A stretch of DNA of 40,607 bases from Methanocellales archaeon. Its GTDB lineage: Archaea > Halobacteriota > JAWCLZ01. Shown piece after piece: positions 28,625 through 38,484 of this stretch. The notes under the pieces were generated by a model. That model did not search any database and had not been told where the DNA came from. It was given only the letters and a program-made list of their open reading frames with translations. Within the stretch, counting starts at the first letter, position 1. The number at the start of each line of letters is the position of its first letter. The stretch spans positions 1 to 40,607 of the forward strand of contig JAWCMA010000011.1 in assembly GCA_038850285.1 (NCBI GenBank), in the 5' to 3' direction. The position numbers were made by a program, and so were the translations under genes.

Positions 28625-28900
28625 TTAGCATCCTCTTATATGATCCCATAAGAATACAGTATGTTCATAACCAAACTCTTTCTTGAGCTTTTCTACTAGC
28701 TCTTCAAAGTAAGCCATCATCTCGGAGTAATCCTCTGGGCTTATAGATTTAGTTCGATATAGCTCAGCAAGATATGTCTCTGCAAGTCTATTTATGATAT
28801 CAATAAACATAACTATGACTGATTCATCGCGCTCCATATTTCTATAACTCTCATACCAAGTCGTGATCATGTTTTTTATCGTCAGCAACTGTTCATCCAT
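28625..28900 (-). CDS. Hypothetical protein
   Basis: 91-aa ORF with helical, protein-like composition. No family recognised. Confidence 0.55.
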   Translation of the reverse strand: MDEQLLTIKNMITTWYESYRNMERDESVIVMFIDIINRLAETYLAELYRTKSISPEDYSEMMAYFEELVEKLKKEFGYEHTVFLWDHIRGC

Positions 28901-29488
28901 ATCATACCCTTAAACTAATCCTATGTCCTGCCACATTCACTCTTTGAGATCTTATTTCTTAGCTTATCTCAATGATTTTCCCTTATTACATTTTTTATTG
29001 TGAACCGTGAATTATCAAATTGTTTCAGCAATCTTAACCTTCTCCCATAAATTCCTCTAGAGCTATAATTATATTCTCCGCAATCTTAATTATTTTTCTA
29101 TCAATCTATATTACTCTTGATTTGCAATTCCTCTTTTGCTGCTTCTTTTCAACTATCCTTGAGAGTTTTTCACTCCAGAAAAATGGACTTTGGATAGCGA
29201 GCACATCAAGTCCTGAGAGCTGCTCGTATAGCTAAATTTGGGAAAAACGAGTTGGAGCTTTTGAACAAGCACTAGTGGAGAAATCACTAGAGAGGAATAT
29301 CTAGATTTTTATAAATAAATTTTTTATTTAATAATTTAATGATTATTTTTAATATCACATCATCCACCTTGGGATTGAGCTTATATATCCCATTCCTTCC
29401 ACCTGCTTAATAGGTTTAATGCAGCTATGAAAAGCTTATTATTCTAGGCGCATATATATGCGCTGTTCGCGATAATAGGAGGAATTTA

Positions 29489-29872
29489 ATGAAGGAACAA
29501 ACTGAGGTTGGAAAATTAAAAGAAGGTCGCTATGTGGTGATAGATGAAGAGCCCTGCACTATTTTAAGCATAACGCATTCTAAGCCTGGGAAGCATGGCT
29601 CTGCTAAAGCACGGATAGATGCAGTTGGCATCTTCGATGGGCAGAAGCGATCCATAGTTTCACCAGTCGATGCCAAAATTTATGTCCCAATTGTGGAGAG
29701 AAAGCGAGCTCAAGTGCTATCCATCTCTGGAGATATAGCTCAACTCATGGATATGGATAATTATACAACTTTTGAGCTAAAACTAGCCACCGCGGATAGA
29801 GCTAAAATAGAAGTTGGAGAGGAAGTGCCATATATTACAGCTATGGGCAAGATAAAGCTTGATATTAGGTGA
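29489..29872 (+). CDS. eif5a: Translation factor aIF-5A
   Basis: Hypusine loop SKPGKHGSAKAR and GGAGG ribosome-binding site. Confidence 0.97.
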   Translation: MKEQTEVGKLKEGRYVVIDEEPCTILSITHSKPGKHGSAKARIDAVGIFDGQKRSIVSPVDAKIYVPIVERKRAQVLSISGDIAQLMDMDNYTTFELKLATADRAKIEVGEEVPYITAMGKIKLDIR

Positions 29873-29878
29873 GATGGT

Positions 29879-30739
29879 TTGCTGATAAAGCCATTTTTTG
29901 CAGATGCAAATGCCAACTATGAAGCAGCTGATTTTGTGATATATGGCGCGCCATTTGACGGTACTTCTTCCTTTAGAGCCGGGGCTAGGAATGCTCCAGC
30001 TGAAGTGAGAAGAGCTAGCTATAATTTTGAAACCTATATGCATGAATATAAACTAGACCTCGAGAGTGTTAAGATCTGCGATTTAGGTGATCTCGAGGTA
30101 AGCTCAAGTGTAGATGAAACCCTTGAGCTCGTGCAAAAATGCACTCAAAGGATAGCGAATGATAATAAAATACCCATAATGCTGGGCGGGGAGCATTCCC
30201 TGAGCTATGCTTGCATCAAATCCTTCAAGCAAATAGCAGCTATTATTTTCGACGCACATTTAGACTTAAGAAAGAGGTATTTAGGTGTTAAGTTTAGCCA
30301 CGCTTGCGTTTCCCATCATATAGTGAAATACGTTGGTAGAGAAAACTACGTGGCAATTGGAATTAGAAGCGGCACTAAAGAAGAATATAACTTTGCTGAT
30401 AAGAACCTGCGCTATTACAGCGCTGAGCAAATCTCTGCTTCAGGCATAGAAAATATCATTAAAGAGGTACTTGAGTATTTAAAACCTGAGAATATCTATT
30501 TATCAATAGACTTCGACGTCTTAGATCCAGCCTTCGCTCCAGCTGTTTCAACACCTGAGCCCTTTGGCTTGAGTTCAAGAGAGCTAAGGAGAGCCATTAG
30601 AATGCTTGCTCCTCGCGCGGTTGGGTTTGACATCGTGGAAATTGCCCCTGATTACGATCGAGGTGAAACTGCGCTTTTAGGCGCTAAATTAGTGCGTGAA
30701 TTCATTGCAGCGAGGAGTTATCATGGCAAATCGATTTAA
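29879..30739 (+). CDS. speB: Agmatinase (ureohydrolase family)
   Basis: GGEHS, DAHLD, SHAC and SIDFDVLDP..AP.V.TPEP. Confidence 0.92.
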   Translation: MLIKPFFADANANYEAADFVIYGAPFDGTSSFRAGARNAPAEVRRASYNFETYMHEYKLDLESVKICDLGDLEVSSSVDETLELVQKCTQRIANDNKIPIMLGGEHSLSYACIKSFKQIAAIIFDAHLDLRKRYLGVKFSHACVSHHIVKYVGRENYVAIGIRSGTKEEYNFADKNLRYYSAEQISASGIENIIKEVLEYLKPENIYLSIDFDVLDPAFAPAVSTPEPFGLSSRELRRAIRMLAPRAVGFDIVEIAPDYDRGETALLGAKLVREFIAARSYHGKSI

Positions 30740-31649
30740 ACAGGCGATAAAGCATTTGAAGATAAAGCCCGGGATGAGCGTGGATTTACTTTTAAAAGAG
30801 ATGGAGGGCTGTGCCTTTGGAGCTTATAGACTAAGTAAAGCGGTGAATATTTATGAAGAGATGCTCAGTGATAAAAAGGTCAAGAAATTCTTCGGCCTAG
30901 CAGGTGCACTGGTACCTGCTGGTATGAAGCAAGTTATCGTGGATTTAATTCAACTAGGCTATATAGATGTACTTGTTACCACGGGAGCTAATTTGGTTCA
31001 CGATTTAGTTGAAGCATATGGCGGAGGGCATTATAAGGGATCAAGCTCTGCGGATGATCGAGTGCTATATGAAGAGGGAATTAGTCGAATATACGATGTT
31101 TACTCCCCAGTGGAGGATTTTGAATTGTTGGAGAAGAAACTGGGGGAAATTTTAGTGGAACTTGAGAAGCAAGAGCTATCTACTAGGGAATTGCTTTATG
31201 AAATTGGACTAAGGGTTAAAGCTAAAAGCGCTATCTTGAGTGCAGCTGCTGAGAGTAAAATTCCAATTTTTTGCCCTGGATTAGCGGATTCAATGATAGG
31301 TTTGCATGCATCGCTGCGCTCTCAAATAACCCTTAATACCCTTAAAGATATAAAGGAGATGGCAGAGATCTGCTTTATTTCCAGAAAAAATGGCGCTTTA
31401 TTCGTAGGTGGGGGATTGCCTAAGAACTTTATTTTGCAGTCAATGCTGATGTCACCAAATTACTTTAATTATGCAATTCAAATCACTATGGATAGACCTG
31501 AGCACGGCGGACTCTCAGGTGCTACACTTGAAGAGGCAATCTCCTGGGGTAAAATCGCTAGCGATGCTAAGCTTGTGACTGTTTACTGCGATGCAACAAT
31601 TGCACTCCCATTGATAGTGGCAGCAGTGAGAAGTAGAATGGAGAGGTAA
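30723..31649 (+). CDS. dys: Deoxyhypusine synthase
   Basis: TGANLVHD, GGGLPKN, GGLSGATLEEAISWGK and DATIALP. Start placed at MANRF. Confidence 0.93.
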   Translation: MANRFKQAIKHLKIKPGMSVDLLLKEMEGCAFGAYRLSKAVNIYEEMLSDKKVKKFFGLAGALVPAGMKQVIVDLIQLGYIDVLVTTGANLVHDLVEAYGGGHYKGSSSADDRVLYEEGISRIYDVYSPVEDFELLEKKLGEILVELEKQELSTRELLYEIGLRVKAKSAILSAAAESKIPIFCPGLADSMIGLHASLRSQITLNTLKDIKEMAEICFISRKNGALFVGGGLPKNFILQSMLMSPNYFNYAIQITMDRPEHGGLSGATLEEAISWGKIASDAKLVTVYCDATIALPLIVAAVRSRMER

Positions 31650-31651
31650 GC

Positions 31652-32056
31652 GTGAAAAAGGAAGTAAAGGGTATCGCGCGGGATACCTTGAAATTCATTC
31701 TAGCTGTGAGCCGAGATTCCCATCCCTGTGAATTCGCTGGCTTGCTTAGAGCACAAGAGGGAGTTATAACCGAGGTTTTAATTCTGCCTGGCACTGAGAG
31801 CTCAATGGAGAGTGCTATTTTAAGGCTTGAGATGATGCCGTTGGATACAAGTGTCATTGGAACTGTACATAGCCATGGTTCTATGAATCTCAAGCCAAGT
31901 AGAGCAGACCTCGAGCTTTTCGCGAAGCGCGGGAGCTATCATATCATCACTTGCTATCCCTATGGAGAAACCAACTGGCGCTGCTATGATTCACTTGGAA
32001 GGCAAAGAGATTTAAAGGTATTTGATATTGAATTTGATGATATAGAGGAAATATGA
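31652..32056 (+). CDS. JAMM/MPN+ metalloprotease
   Basis: E...H-S-H-x7-S-x2-D (HSHGSMNLKPSRAD). Confidence 0.88.
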   Translation: MKKEVKGIARDTLKFILAVSRDSHPCEFAGLLRAQEGVITEVLILPGTESSMESAILRLEMMPLDTSVIGTVHSHGSMNLKPSRADLELFAKRGSYHIITCYPYGETNWRCYDSLGRQRDLKVFDIEFDDIEEI

Positions 32057-32490
32057 TTAGGGTACTTGCAACTGGCACTTTCGACATCCTTCATCCAGGG
32101 CACATAGCATATCTTGAGGAGGCAAAAAAACTGGGAGATGAGCTTATTGTGATAGTTGCTAGAGATGCCAATATAAAGCACAAGCCAAAACCAGTTATTC
32201 CTGAGAATCAGCGCTTGCGCATGGTTAAAGCGCTTAAGATCGTCGATGAAGCAATTCTAGGCAGCGAAAGCGATATTTTCGAACCGCTTTTTCAAATCAA
32301 ACCAGATATCATTGCACTTGGATTTGATCAAAAGTTTGATGATGCCTGGCTCGAAATGGAATTGAATAAGAGGGGTATAAAGGCAAAGGTTGTTAGAATT
32401 GAAAAATTTGAGGACTGCGAGCTCTGTTCAACTGCTAAGATCTTCAATAGAATTGTGGAGCGACACAGCGAAAATATGCTCAATAAATGA
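32053..32490 (+). CDS. ribL: Archaeal FAD synthetase
   Basis: GTFDILHPGH, PDIIALGFDQ and a C-terminal C-x2-CST. Confidence 0.87.
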   Translation: MIRVLATGTFDILHPGHIAYLEEAKKLGDELIVIVARDANIKHKPKPVIPENQRLRMVKALKIVDEAILGSESDIFEPLFQIKPDIIALGFDQKFDDAWLEMELNKRGIKAKVVRIEKFEDCELCSTAKIFNRIVERHSENMLNK

Positions 32491-32531
32491 ACAGTTTTAT
32501 CTATCTTGATTGACAAATTTTTTGGTATGCG

Positions 32532-34832
32532 GTGGTGGTGATGAGCGAAAAGAAGTCAAGCAAAGGCAGAGCTAGGTCAATTAGATTAAAAGTTGCTGAA
32601 GCTGATCAGCATGATGTAGGCAGAGGGATTGTTAGAATTGGAGAGGAATATAGAAATCAAATTGGAGTTAAAATTGGAGATGTAGTTGAACTAGTTGGAA
32701 GTAAAACCACGAGTGCAGTGGTGGGAAGAGCCTATCCCTCTGATGAAGGACTAGATATCATAAGGATGGATGGATTAATTCGTTCAAATGCAGGTGTGGG
32801 AATTGGGGATCATATTGAAGTTAGCCCAGCTGAATGGAGAGAGGCGAGGAAGGTCACATTCGCGCCTGCTCAAAAGGGTTTGCGCATATATGCTTCAAGC
32901 GAGAGCTTGAAGGCCAGTTTTATGAATAGAACTGTGAATCAAGGTGATATTTTAAGCACCTCTACATTTCGCAGGCCTAGAAGAAGCTTTGGCAGTGATG
33001 TTCTCTTCGAGGAGTTCTTCCACGATTTCCTTGAAGCTCCAGCTTTTGGCCTTGGCGAGATAAAATTGATTGTGGTTAGCACAAATCCAGGGGGTATTGT
33101 TAAAATCACCGAGGATACTGAAATTGAGCTTTTACCAGAGGCAGTAGAGATTCCAAAGCGCGAGATACCCGAGGTAACCTATGATGACGTAGGGGGGTTG
33201 AAGCATGTGATTCAAAAGCTGCGCGAGATGGTGGAGCTGCCTTTGAAACATCCCGAGCTATTCGATCGCTTGGGAATCAGACCTCCCAAGGGAGTTTTAA
33301 TATATGGCCCGCCTGGTACTGGTAAAACCCTGCTCGCTAAAGCAGTTGCCAATGAAAGCGATGCTTATTTCACCTCTGTAAACGGCCCTGAGATAATGTC
33401 TAAATTCTATGGCGAGAGCGAGCAGCGCTTGAGGGATGTTTTCAAAGAAGCTGAGGAGAATGCTCCTGCGATTATATTCATAGATGAAATCGATTCAATT
33501 GCACCTAGGCGTGCAGAGGTCACTGGAGAGGTGGAGAGAAGAGTGGTGGCTCAGCTGCTCTCTTTAATGGATGGCTTGAAGGAGAGAAAGAATGTAATTG
33601 TAATTGGTGCAACGAATCGGCCGGAAGCCGTAGATCCCGCGCTTCGCCGACCTGGGAGATTTGACCGCGAGATCGAACTTCGGGTGCCTGATCGCGATGG
33701 ACGTAAAGAGATCTTTCAAATTCATACCCGCGGCATGCCCCTCGCTGAAGATGTAGATTTAGATGAGCTCACTGATATTACACATGGCTTTGTTGGCGCA
33801 GATATAGCCAATCTCTGCAGAGAAGCTGCGATGAATGCACTGCGCGAAATACTCCCTAAAATTGATTTGGAGGAGAAGATCTTGCCCAAGGAAGTTCTGG
33901 ATAATCTAGTGGTAACTAGGAAGCACTTTGAAGATGCACTTAAAGAAGTGGCTCCATCTGCACTGCGCGAGATCCTTGTGGAAGTACCCAATGTTACTTG
34001 GCGAGATATAGGCGGTTTAGAGGAAGTTAAGAATCTACTTAGAGAAGCTGTTGAATGGCCCCTTCGCCATGCCGATGCCTTCAGAAGAATTGGAGTTGAG
34101 GCTCCCAAGGGTGTGCTACTATTTGGCCCGCCTGGTACTGGTAAAACCCTGCTCGCTAAAGCAGTTGCCAATGAAAGTGAAGCGAATTTCATAACTGCCA
34201 AAGGCAGCGATTTACTATCAAAGTGGTATGGCGAGAGCGAGAAGCGAATTGCAGAGGTATTTAAGAAAGCTAGACAAGTGGCGCCTGCGATTATTTTCCT
34301 AGATGAACTAGATGCTCTCGCGCCCATGCGCGGTACAGCTGCTGGAGAACCTCATGTGACTGAGAGGATTGTGAATCAGCTTTTAACTGAGCTAGATGGA
34401 CTTGAGGAGCTCCGCGGAGTGGTGGTAATTGGCGCTACAAATCGACCTGATATAATAGATCCAGCATTGCTTAGACCAGGGAGATTCGATGAATTGATAC
34501 TTGTCCCAGTTCCAGATGAAAAAACAAGGCTGGAGATATTCAAAGTTCATACTAGGAAGATGGCCCTTGCTAAGGATGTGGACTTGAATGAGCTTGTTAA
34601 ATTGACAGAGCAATATACAGGTGCCGATATAGCCGCGGTTTGCAAGAAAGCCGGGAGATTTGCCCTTAGAGAGAATCTGCAAGCCACTGAGGTAAAGCGA
34701 GCTCATTTCTTGAAGGCAATTAGTGAAACAGGACCGAGTGTTACTCCTGATATAATGAAGTTCTACGCTGGGCTTGCTAAAGAGCTCAGGCAGAAGAGGG
34801 CAAAGGAAATCGAGACATCCTTCTATGCTTAA
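32532..34832 (+). CDS. cdc48: Cdc48/VCP AAA+ ATPase
   Basis: N-domain plus two GPPGTGKT / FxDE / RPGRFD modules, ending in ..FYA. Confidence 0.96.
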   Translation: MVVMSEKKSSKGRARSIRLKVAEADQHDVGRGIVRIGEEYRNQIGVKIGDVVELVGSKTTSAVVGRAYPSDEGLDIIRMDGLIRSNAGVGIGDHIEVSPAEWREARKVTFAPAQKGLRIYASSESLKASFMNRTVNQGDILSTSTFRRPRRSFGSDVLFEEFFHDFLEAPAFGLGEIKLIVVSTNPGGIVKITEDTEIELLPEAVEIPKREIPEVTYDDVGGLKHVIQKLREMVELPLKHPELFDRLGIRPPKGVLIYGPPGTGKTLLAKAVANESDAYFTSVNGPEIMSKFYGESEQRLRDVFKEAEENAPAIIFIDEIDSIAPRRAEVTGEVERRVVAQLLSLMDGLKERKNVIVIGATNRPEAVDPALRRPGRFDREIELRVPDRDGRKEIFQIHTRGMPLAEDVDLDELTDITHGFVGADIANLCREAAMNALREILPKIDLEEKILPKEVLDNLVVTRKHFEDALKEVAPSALREILVEVPNVTWRDIGGLEEVKNLLREAVEWPLRHADAFRRIGVEAPKGVLLFGPPGTGKTLLAKAVANESEANFITAKGSDLLSKWYGESEKRIAEVFKKARQVAPAIIFLDELDALAPMRGTAAGEPHVTERIVNQLLTELDGLEELRGVVVIGATNRPDIIDPALLRPGRFDELILVPVPDEKTRLEIFKVHTRKMALAKDVDLNELVKLTEQYTGADIAAVCKKAGRFALRENLQATEVKRAHFLKAISETGPSVTPDIMKFYAGLAKELRQKRAKEIETSFYA

Positions 34833-34859
34833 TATTTAAATATATTTATTAATTTTATT

Positions 34860-35450
34860 CTAATCTAAATCGAGAATTAAACTGGGTATGATGCTCAGAT
34901 TTTTTATTTTTGGCTTTATTTCCTTTACTAAAAGTGGGTCGATATAGGCAATTAAAATCTTTCCCTCCTCGCTGGCTTTAACTCTCCAGTACCTCTTCAA
35001 ATCTTTTTCAGCTAGCTTTCTTCGGCCGCTTAAGTTATTTTGCCTTGCAAGTTCTATGGATCTTAAATAAAAATCAGTTATGGAGTAGTTAGCAAGCCTT
35101 AGATTGAACTTCAATCCCTTGTCCTCGATTCTCTCCCTTGTTTTCAATTCTGCAATTATCAAGTCCTTAAAATCAATCAAGCTTTCTTCTTTAAGGATGA
35201 GCAATGGGCAAATGAACTTTGAAGCTTGAAGGAGAGAATCTAGAGCAGCATTTGCTTCAATTCTAGGCAAAATTATGAGTTTCTTCCATTGCTCCTCGAG
35301 CTTTAAGTTCTCAGATATCCCAAGTTCTCTATATCTAAATTTCTTTTTAAGCCATTTGAACTCAAATTCCGGATTAACTTTGGCTGAATAGTAAATAATT
35401 CCCCTGAGGTTTTTAACTAAATAGGGATAAGCGGGATCTATTTCCTGCAT
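34860..35450 (-). CDS. Hypothetical protein
   Basis: 196-aa ORF, 3 bp from the upstream wHTH gene. Confidence 0.7.
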   Translation of the reverse strand: MQEIDPAYPYLVKNLRGIIYYSAKVNPEFEFKWLKKKFRYRELGISENLKLEEQWKKLIILPRIEANAALDSLLQASKFICPLLILKEESLIDFKDLIIAELKTRERIEDKGLKFNLRLANYSITDFYLRSIELARQNNLSGRRKLAEKDLKRYWRVKASEEGKILIAYIDPLLVKEIKPKIKNLSIIPSLILDLD

Positions 35451-35453
35451 ATT

Positions 35454-35696
35454 TTATCTTTTCTTTAAGAAAAAATCTGCAGTAATAGGTGTTCCTTTAA
35501 ACTTATATTTCTTAGGAGTATTTTCACTGCCTTCTTTGCTTACTTTATCATTTCTCATCAAAAAGGTTAAGGCGCTGCGCACTGTTCCTTCTGGCAAACC
35601 TGTTTTTTCAATTATTTCCTTCACGGTTAATACTTTGCCCTCCAAACTTTTAGCCACTTTTACGATATTTTGCTTATGTTTAAGGGTCAGCTGCAA
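35454..35696 (-). CDS. Small winged-helix DNA-binding protein
   Basis: LTVKEIIEKTGLPEGTVRSALTFL...KV......PKKY, with a GAGGTGA ribosome-binding site. Confidence 0.75.
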   Translation of the reverse strand: MQLTLKHKQNIVKVAKSLEGKVLTVKEIIEKTGLPEGTVRSALTFLMRNDKVSKEGSENTPKKYKFKGTPITADFFLKKR

Positions 35697-35773
35697 ATTC
35701 TCACCTCAAGCGCAATTAAATATTTTTATTTTTCTTTTTCTAAAACAGCTTAACCTTTCCCTATTTATTCTTA

Positions 35774-35843
35774 TGACTATTGACTATTGACTTGTGACTT
35801 TTGACTTTTGACTTGTGACCTTTAATTTGTGATTTGTGATTTG
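35774..35843. repeat. Degenerate 7-bp tandem repeat, 10 units
   Basis: TGACTAT TGACTAT TGACTTG TGACTTT TGACTTT TGACTTG TGACCTT TAATTTG TGATTTG TGATTTG. Confidence 0.9.
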
Positions 35844-35924
35844 TTTAGTTATTGCGAATATACGATGGACTTTGCATTTCTAAAAAAGTAAATTGAACCT
35901 GCGATTTCGATAAGTTAAAAAAAA

Positions 35925-37295
35925 TTATGCATACCTCAAATAGTTCTCAATCTCCCAGCTTGTCACTTGGATTCTGAATTCATCCCATTCTCTGCGCTTG
36001 GCGCGCTTGAAATTTTCATAGATATGGCTGCCAAGCAGCTCTCTCAGCATGCTATCTTTCTCAAGTTCATCAAGCGCTTCAGCAAGAGTCTCAGGAAGGG
36101 CTTCTATTCCAAGCTGCTTCTTCTCCTCTCTAGTCATCGAATAGATATCTGCTTCAACTGGCTCAGGGGGCGTAAGTTTTCTCTTTATTCCATCCAAGCC
36201 AGCGGCGCACATTGCACCGAAGGCTAAATATGGATTGCAGCTGGGATCAGGGCATCTGAATTCAACGCGAATTGCTCTCTCCATGCCTGGGAAATACTCA
36301 GGCACTCTTATCAATGCAGAGCGATTTTTATGCGCCCAAGAGATGTAAACTGGGGCTTCATAGCCTGGTACAAGTCGCTTGTAGGAATTTACCGTTGGTG
36401 CTACTATGGCTGAGAGAGCTCTAGCGTGCTTAAGTAAACCTCCTATGAAGTACAGGCAATTATCACTGAGCGCATCGCTTCTCTTCATTTCTGGATCGTA
36501 AAATGCATTTCTATTACTATTTATATTCCAGAGGGATTGATGGGTATGCATTCCAGAGCCATTCTCTCCATATAATGGCTTGGGCATGAATGTAGCTATA
36601 TATCCAAGCATGTGAGCCACTGTCTTTGCTACCATCTTATAGGTTATAACGCGATCAGCAGTTGTAACTAAATCGCCGAATTTGAAATCAACTTCATACT
36701 GCGAGGGAGCAACTTCATGGTGGCTCATTTCCACAGTTATCCCAAAGTTTTCAAGTGCGAATATCATCTCTCTTCTGAAGTCCTCTGCTAGATCTAGGGG
36801 ATGGAAGTCAAAATAGCCTCCATGGTCTATGATCTTGGGCTTGCCATTCTCAAGTTCTTTGCCGAAGAGGAAGAACTCCAGTTCAGGGCCGCAGTTATAT
36901 ATATAGCCCATTTCCCTAGCTACAGCTGAAGCTCGCTGGGCTATATAGCGCGGGTCGCCTTCGAATCTTTTACCGCTAGGGTGATATACATCGCAGATCA
37001 CTCTAGCAACTCGCTTTGGCGCGGGGCGCCATGGTAAAATTGCAAAGGTACTTGGATCTGGCATTAAGATCATGTCTGATTCATATATAGGCGTATAGCC
37101 CTCGACCGATGAGCCATCGAATCCAATTCCATTTTCCAGTGCTTCTTCGAATCCCTCGACTGGTATAGCTGTGCTTTTAATCGCCCCATTTATATCTGTA
37201 AACTGCAGGCGGATAAACTTCACATCCTCCTGTTTCGCTTTCTCCAGCACTTTTGCCTTCAATTCATCGCTACAGTTGGTTTTTATTCTACCCAT
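35925..37295 (-). CDS. glnA: Glutamine synthetase type I
   Basis: FDGSS, HHEVA, MPKP..NGSGMH, PGYEAP, NRSALIR and PDPSCNPYLA. Confidence 0.96.
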   Translation of the reverse strand: MGRIKTNCSDELKAKVLEKAKQEDVKFIRLQFTDINGAIKSTAIPVEGFEEALENGIGFDGSSVEGYTPIYESDMILMPDPSTFAILPWRPAPKRVARVICDVYHPSGKRFEGDPRYIAQRASAVAREMGYIYNCGPELEFFLFGKELENGKPKIIDHGGYFDFHPLDLAEDFRREMIFALENFGITVEMSHHEVAPSQYEVDFKFGDLVTTADRVITYKMVAKTVAHMLGYIATFMPKPLYGENGSGMHTHQSLWNINSNRNAFYDPEMKRSDALSDNCLYFIGGLLKHARALSAIVAPTVNSYKRLVPGYEAPVYISWAHKNRSALIRVPEYFPGMERAIRVEFRCPDPSCNPYLAFGAMCAAGLDGIKRKLTPPEPVEADIYSMTREEKKQLGIEALPETLAEALDELEKDSMLRELLGSHIYENFKRAKRREWDEFRIQVTSWEIENYLRYA

Positions 37296-37297
37296 AT

Positions 37298-38038
37298 TTA
37301 CACCTCTTTTAATCTCAATATTCTTTCAATATTCCCTCCCAAGATGAGCTTCCTTTCTTTTTCTGGAAGTGAATCGAATTTTTTAATCTCTCTTTCCATT
37401 TCTATATAAGGGGAGTCTGAGCCTGCGATTAATTTTTCAGCTCCAAGTTTCTCAAGAGCTTCTTGAATTTTACCAGCATTGAACATACAAGCGGTGCCTA
37501 GAAAGAGATTGCTATGTTTTTTCACCACCTCCATATAATTCTCGCCTCGCATGTGTGCCATGATAATCTTGGCTTCTGGCACTGCTTCTGCTAGTTTTGC
37601 AAATGCACTGGGCTGGGAATCAGGCTTTCCAGAATCAAATATCACTGGCACTCTTAACTCTGCTGCTTTTTCTAAGATTTGCAGTAGGCAGGGGTTATGT
37701 AAGGTGAATCTCTGGCTGCTTGGGTGTAGTTTTATTCCTTTCAATTCAAGTTTATTTATCGCTCTCTCCAGCTCATTCAAAGCTCTAACGCCATAGTTGG
37801 GGTCTAGCCTTGCGAATCCAATTAATTTATCTGGATAGCTCTTAACTGCCTTTGCAATGTGATCATTAGCCTTGGAAAATGAGATGCCTGGGTCGATTTC
37901 ATTGAATGGAAAGATCACTGCCTTATCCACGCCTGCTCTATCCATATTTGCAATTATTTCCTCTGGCGATTGTTTAGCGCCATCGGTTTTATCAGGCCCG
38001 CCAACGTGGTTGTGCGCATCGATTTTCATGCATTTCAC
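37298..38038 (-). CDS. Amidohydrolase_2-type TIM-barrel metallohydrolase
   Basis: DAHNH, GIKLHP, IMAHM and GSDSP. Confidence 0.88.
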   Translation of the reverse strand: MKCMKIDAHNHVGGPDKTDGAKQSPEEIIANMDRAGVDKAVIFPFNEIDPGISFSKANDHIAKAVKSYPDKLIGFARLDPNYGVRALNELERAINKLELKGIKLHPSSQRFTLHNPCLLQILEKAAELRVPVIFDSGKPDSQPSAFAKLAEAVPEAKIIMAHMRGENYMEVVKKHSNLFLGTACMFNAGKIQEALEKLGAEKLIAGSDSPYIEMEREIKKFDSLPEKERKLILGGNIERILRLKEV

Positions 38039-38055
38039 ATCTACTTTACTTTACT

Positions 38056-38406
38056 TCAAGCCTTTCGAATTCTAAAATACTGCCTCACATAATCCATAAG
38101 CTCAGCTTCTGAAAACCTGCTTTTTCCACTTTTTTCAAATTGACTTTGAAGTTCTTGCTTTATGGAGAGTAATCTTACATCATTTTCTCTTATCCAAACT
38201 TTCGCGCCTAGAAGAGTGCTAAGGGTTTCCTGTACTTTGAGTTTTATAAGTTCTTCGCTAACTGGCAATTCTATGCTTGGCATTTCTCTTCCTCCATCTT
38301 CAATTTCCCCCTTCTTCAGCTCCCAGCTTTTAATTCTTTGCAATCCAAACTTTTTTAATTCCTCGCGCTTCACATTTATCCCTTTCAACGAATGATTCAT
38401 TTTCAA
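38056..38406 (-). CDS. Hypothetical protein
   Basis: 116-aa ORF co-oriented within the cluster. Start uncertain. Confidence 0.55.
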   Translation of the reverse strand: MKMNHSLKGINVKREELKKFGLQRIKSWELKKGEIEDGGREMPSIELPVSEELIKLKVQETLSTLLGAKVWIRENDVRLLSIKQELQSQFEKSGKSRFSEAELMDYVRQYFRIRKA

Positions 38407-38484
38407 ACTTATTGTATTGTAATAGAATGAATATTTATAGTTTTAGTTTACATTTGTTTATTAATTATTATTTTATCTTAACAA

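Noticed and set aside
28920-29340. Non-coding stretch with a possible decayed gene fragment and a 6-bp inverted repeat (CTAGTG/CACTAG)
   Set aside because: No sustained ORF or recognisable RNA, and the inverted repeat is short enough to arise by chance.
33722-34327. 201-aa antisense ORF inside cdc48
   Set aside because: Shadow ORF of a highly conserved gene. The same applies to the other short antisense ORFs in the track.
35774-35843. Possible CRISPR array
   Set aside because: The units are 7 bp with no spacers, and no cas genes are present.
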